DNA from: an archaeon
GTDB taxonomy: Archaea; Nanobdellota; Nanobdellia; Pacearchaeales; DTIR01
Direction: 5' to 3'
Assembly: GCA_043799715.1 (NCBI GenBank)
Contig: JAZDNM010000005.1
Span: 4,859-68,858, forward strand
Length of the DNA stretch: 64,000 nt
A program made the position numbers and the translations under genes. Below the pieces are notes generated by a model. The model searched no databases and was not told the DNA's origin. It was given only the letters and a program-made list of their open reading frames with translations. Below, one piece after another: positions 63,445-64,000 of this stretch; the first letter of the stretch is position 1; each line of letters opens with the position of its first letter.

Positions 63445-64000
63445 TTATTTTTTTCTTGCAATAACCATGTACTGGCATGCGCACTGCATTACTAATCTAT
63501 TTTTTGTCAATGCAAGAGGCAGCAGCTGCCCGGAGAATTCTTCAAGAATCTCATATCCAGAATTTTCAAGCAGTTTCCTGAATTCTTTTATTGAAGGTCG
63601 GTAGATATGCGTTTTTTCCTTGATAAGCCAGTCCCATACAACCTTGTACTCAAGCGCGGAAATTAAATTGTTGATGGTTGGCAGATGAATGACAACAATG
63701 CTGTTTTTTCCAAGATTTTTTCCTATTCTTTTCAGGACTTTTCCGGGATTTTTCATATGTTCTATGATATTCCACAGGAAAATAACATCAAATTTTTTCT
63801 TAAAAGGAATATCTTTTTTTTCAATATCACATACCTTCACTTTTGCGCTGGGCACTGCTTCCTTTGCTTTCTTCAGGATATAAGATGAAATGTCCAAGCC
63901 GAATACCTTGAATTTTTTGGAAAAATATGATAGGATATTGCCATTGCCGCATCCTATATCAAGCAGTCTTCCTTTTTTTGCGTAATTTTCAATAATTTTG
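63445..64000 (-). CDS. Class I SAM-dependent methyltransferase. The N-terminus lies beyond the window end.
   Basis: The minus-strand frame stays open to base 64000 and encodes LLDIGCGNGN (motif I) upstream of the tracker's TTG start. Confidence 0.75.
   Translation of the reverse strand, partial: KIIENYAKKGRLLDIGCGNGNILSYFSKKFKVFGLDISSYILKKAKEAVPSAKVKVCDIEKKDIPFKKKFDVIFLWNIIEHMKNPGKVLKRIGKNLGKNSIVVIHLPTINNLISALEYKVVWDWLIKEKTHIYRPSIKEFRKLLENSGYEILEEFSGQLLPLALTKNRLVMQCACQYMVIARKK

Noticed and set aside
1-64000. CRISPR arrays, cas genes, integrases, transposases, toxin-antitoxin or other recognisable defence systems
   Set aside because: I saw no regularly spaced direct repeats and no ORF with recognisable Cas, integrase or transposase motifs. 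The only mobile-element-like gene is the LAGLIDADG ORF.

Overview
This window looks archaeal and AT-rich, and by inference comes from a small-genome DPANN-like lineage. It has three parts.

**1. Housekeeping block (1-16.4 kb).** It holds the C-terminal part of the PolD large subunit, TyrRS, UppS, an M16 peptidase, agmatinase, ThpR, a short XPF nuclease and dCMP deaminase. It also holds the classic archaeal operons L21e-RpoF-DUF655 and S13-S4-S11-RpoD-tRNALeu-L18e-L13-S9-RpoN, followed by Rpp21.

**2. RNA-gene island (16.4-19.9 kb).** It holds an orphan 5S rRNA and a compact hairpin-rich candidate ncRNA. Three tRNAs carry long anticodon-loop introns of 58, 77 and 98 nt. A further tRNA appears split in its D-arm by about 1.1 kb. 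That insert carries a LAGLIDADG endonuclease gene with its own promoter and a complete nested tRNA-Arg. SecF and SecD follow.

**3. Surface-glycan cluster (22.7 kb to the window end, about 41 kb).** It encodes a flippase, GT2, GT4 and GT-C transferases, an Alg13/Alg14-like pair, sugar epimerases and dehydratases, an aminotransferase, a formyltransferase, NeuA/NeuC-like enzymes, an AsnB-like amidotransferase, deacetylases and methyltransferases. Its most unusual feature is six paralogous B12-binding (class B) radical SAM enzymes plus one SPASM radical SAM enzyme spread through the cluster.

Most genes have an A/T-rich TATA-like box about 25-30 nt upstream of the start codon, which suggests leaderless transcripts. 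I saw no CRISPR array, integrase, transposase or recognisable defence system. All protein calls rest on motif and gene-order recognition by eye. No database search was run.
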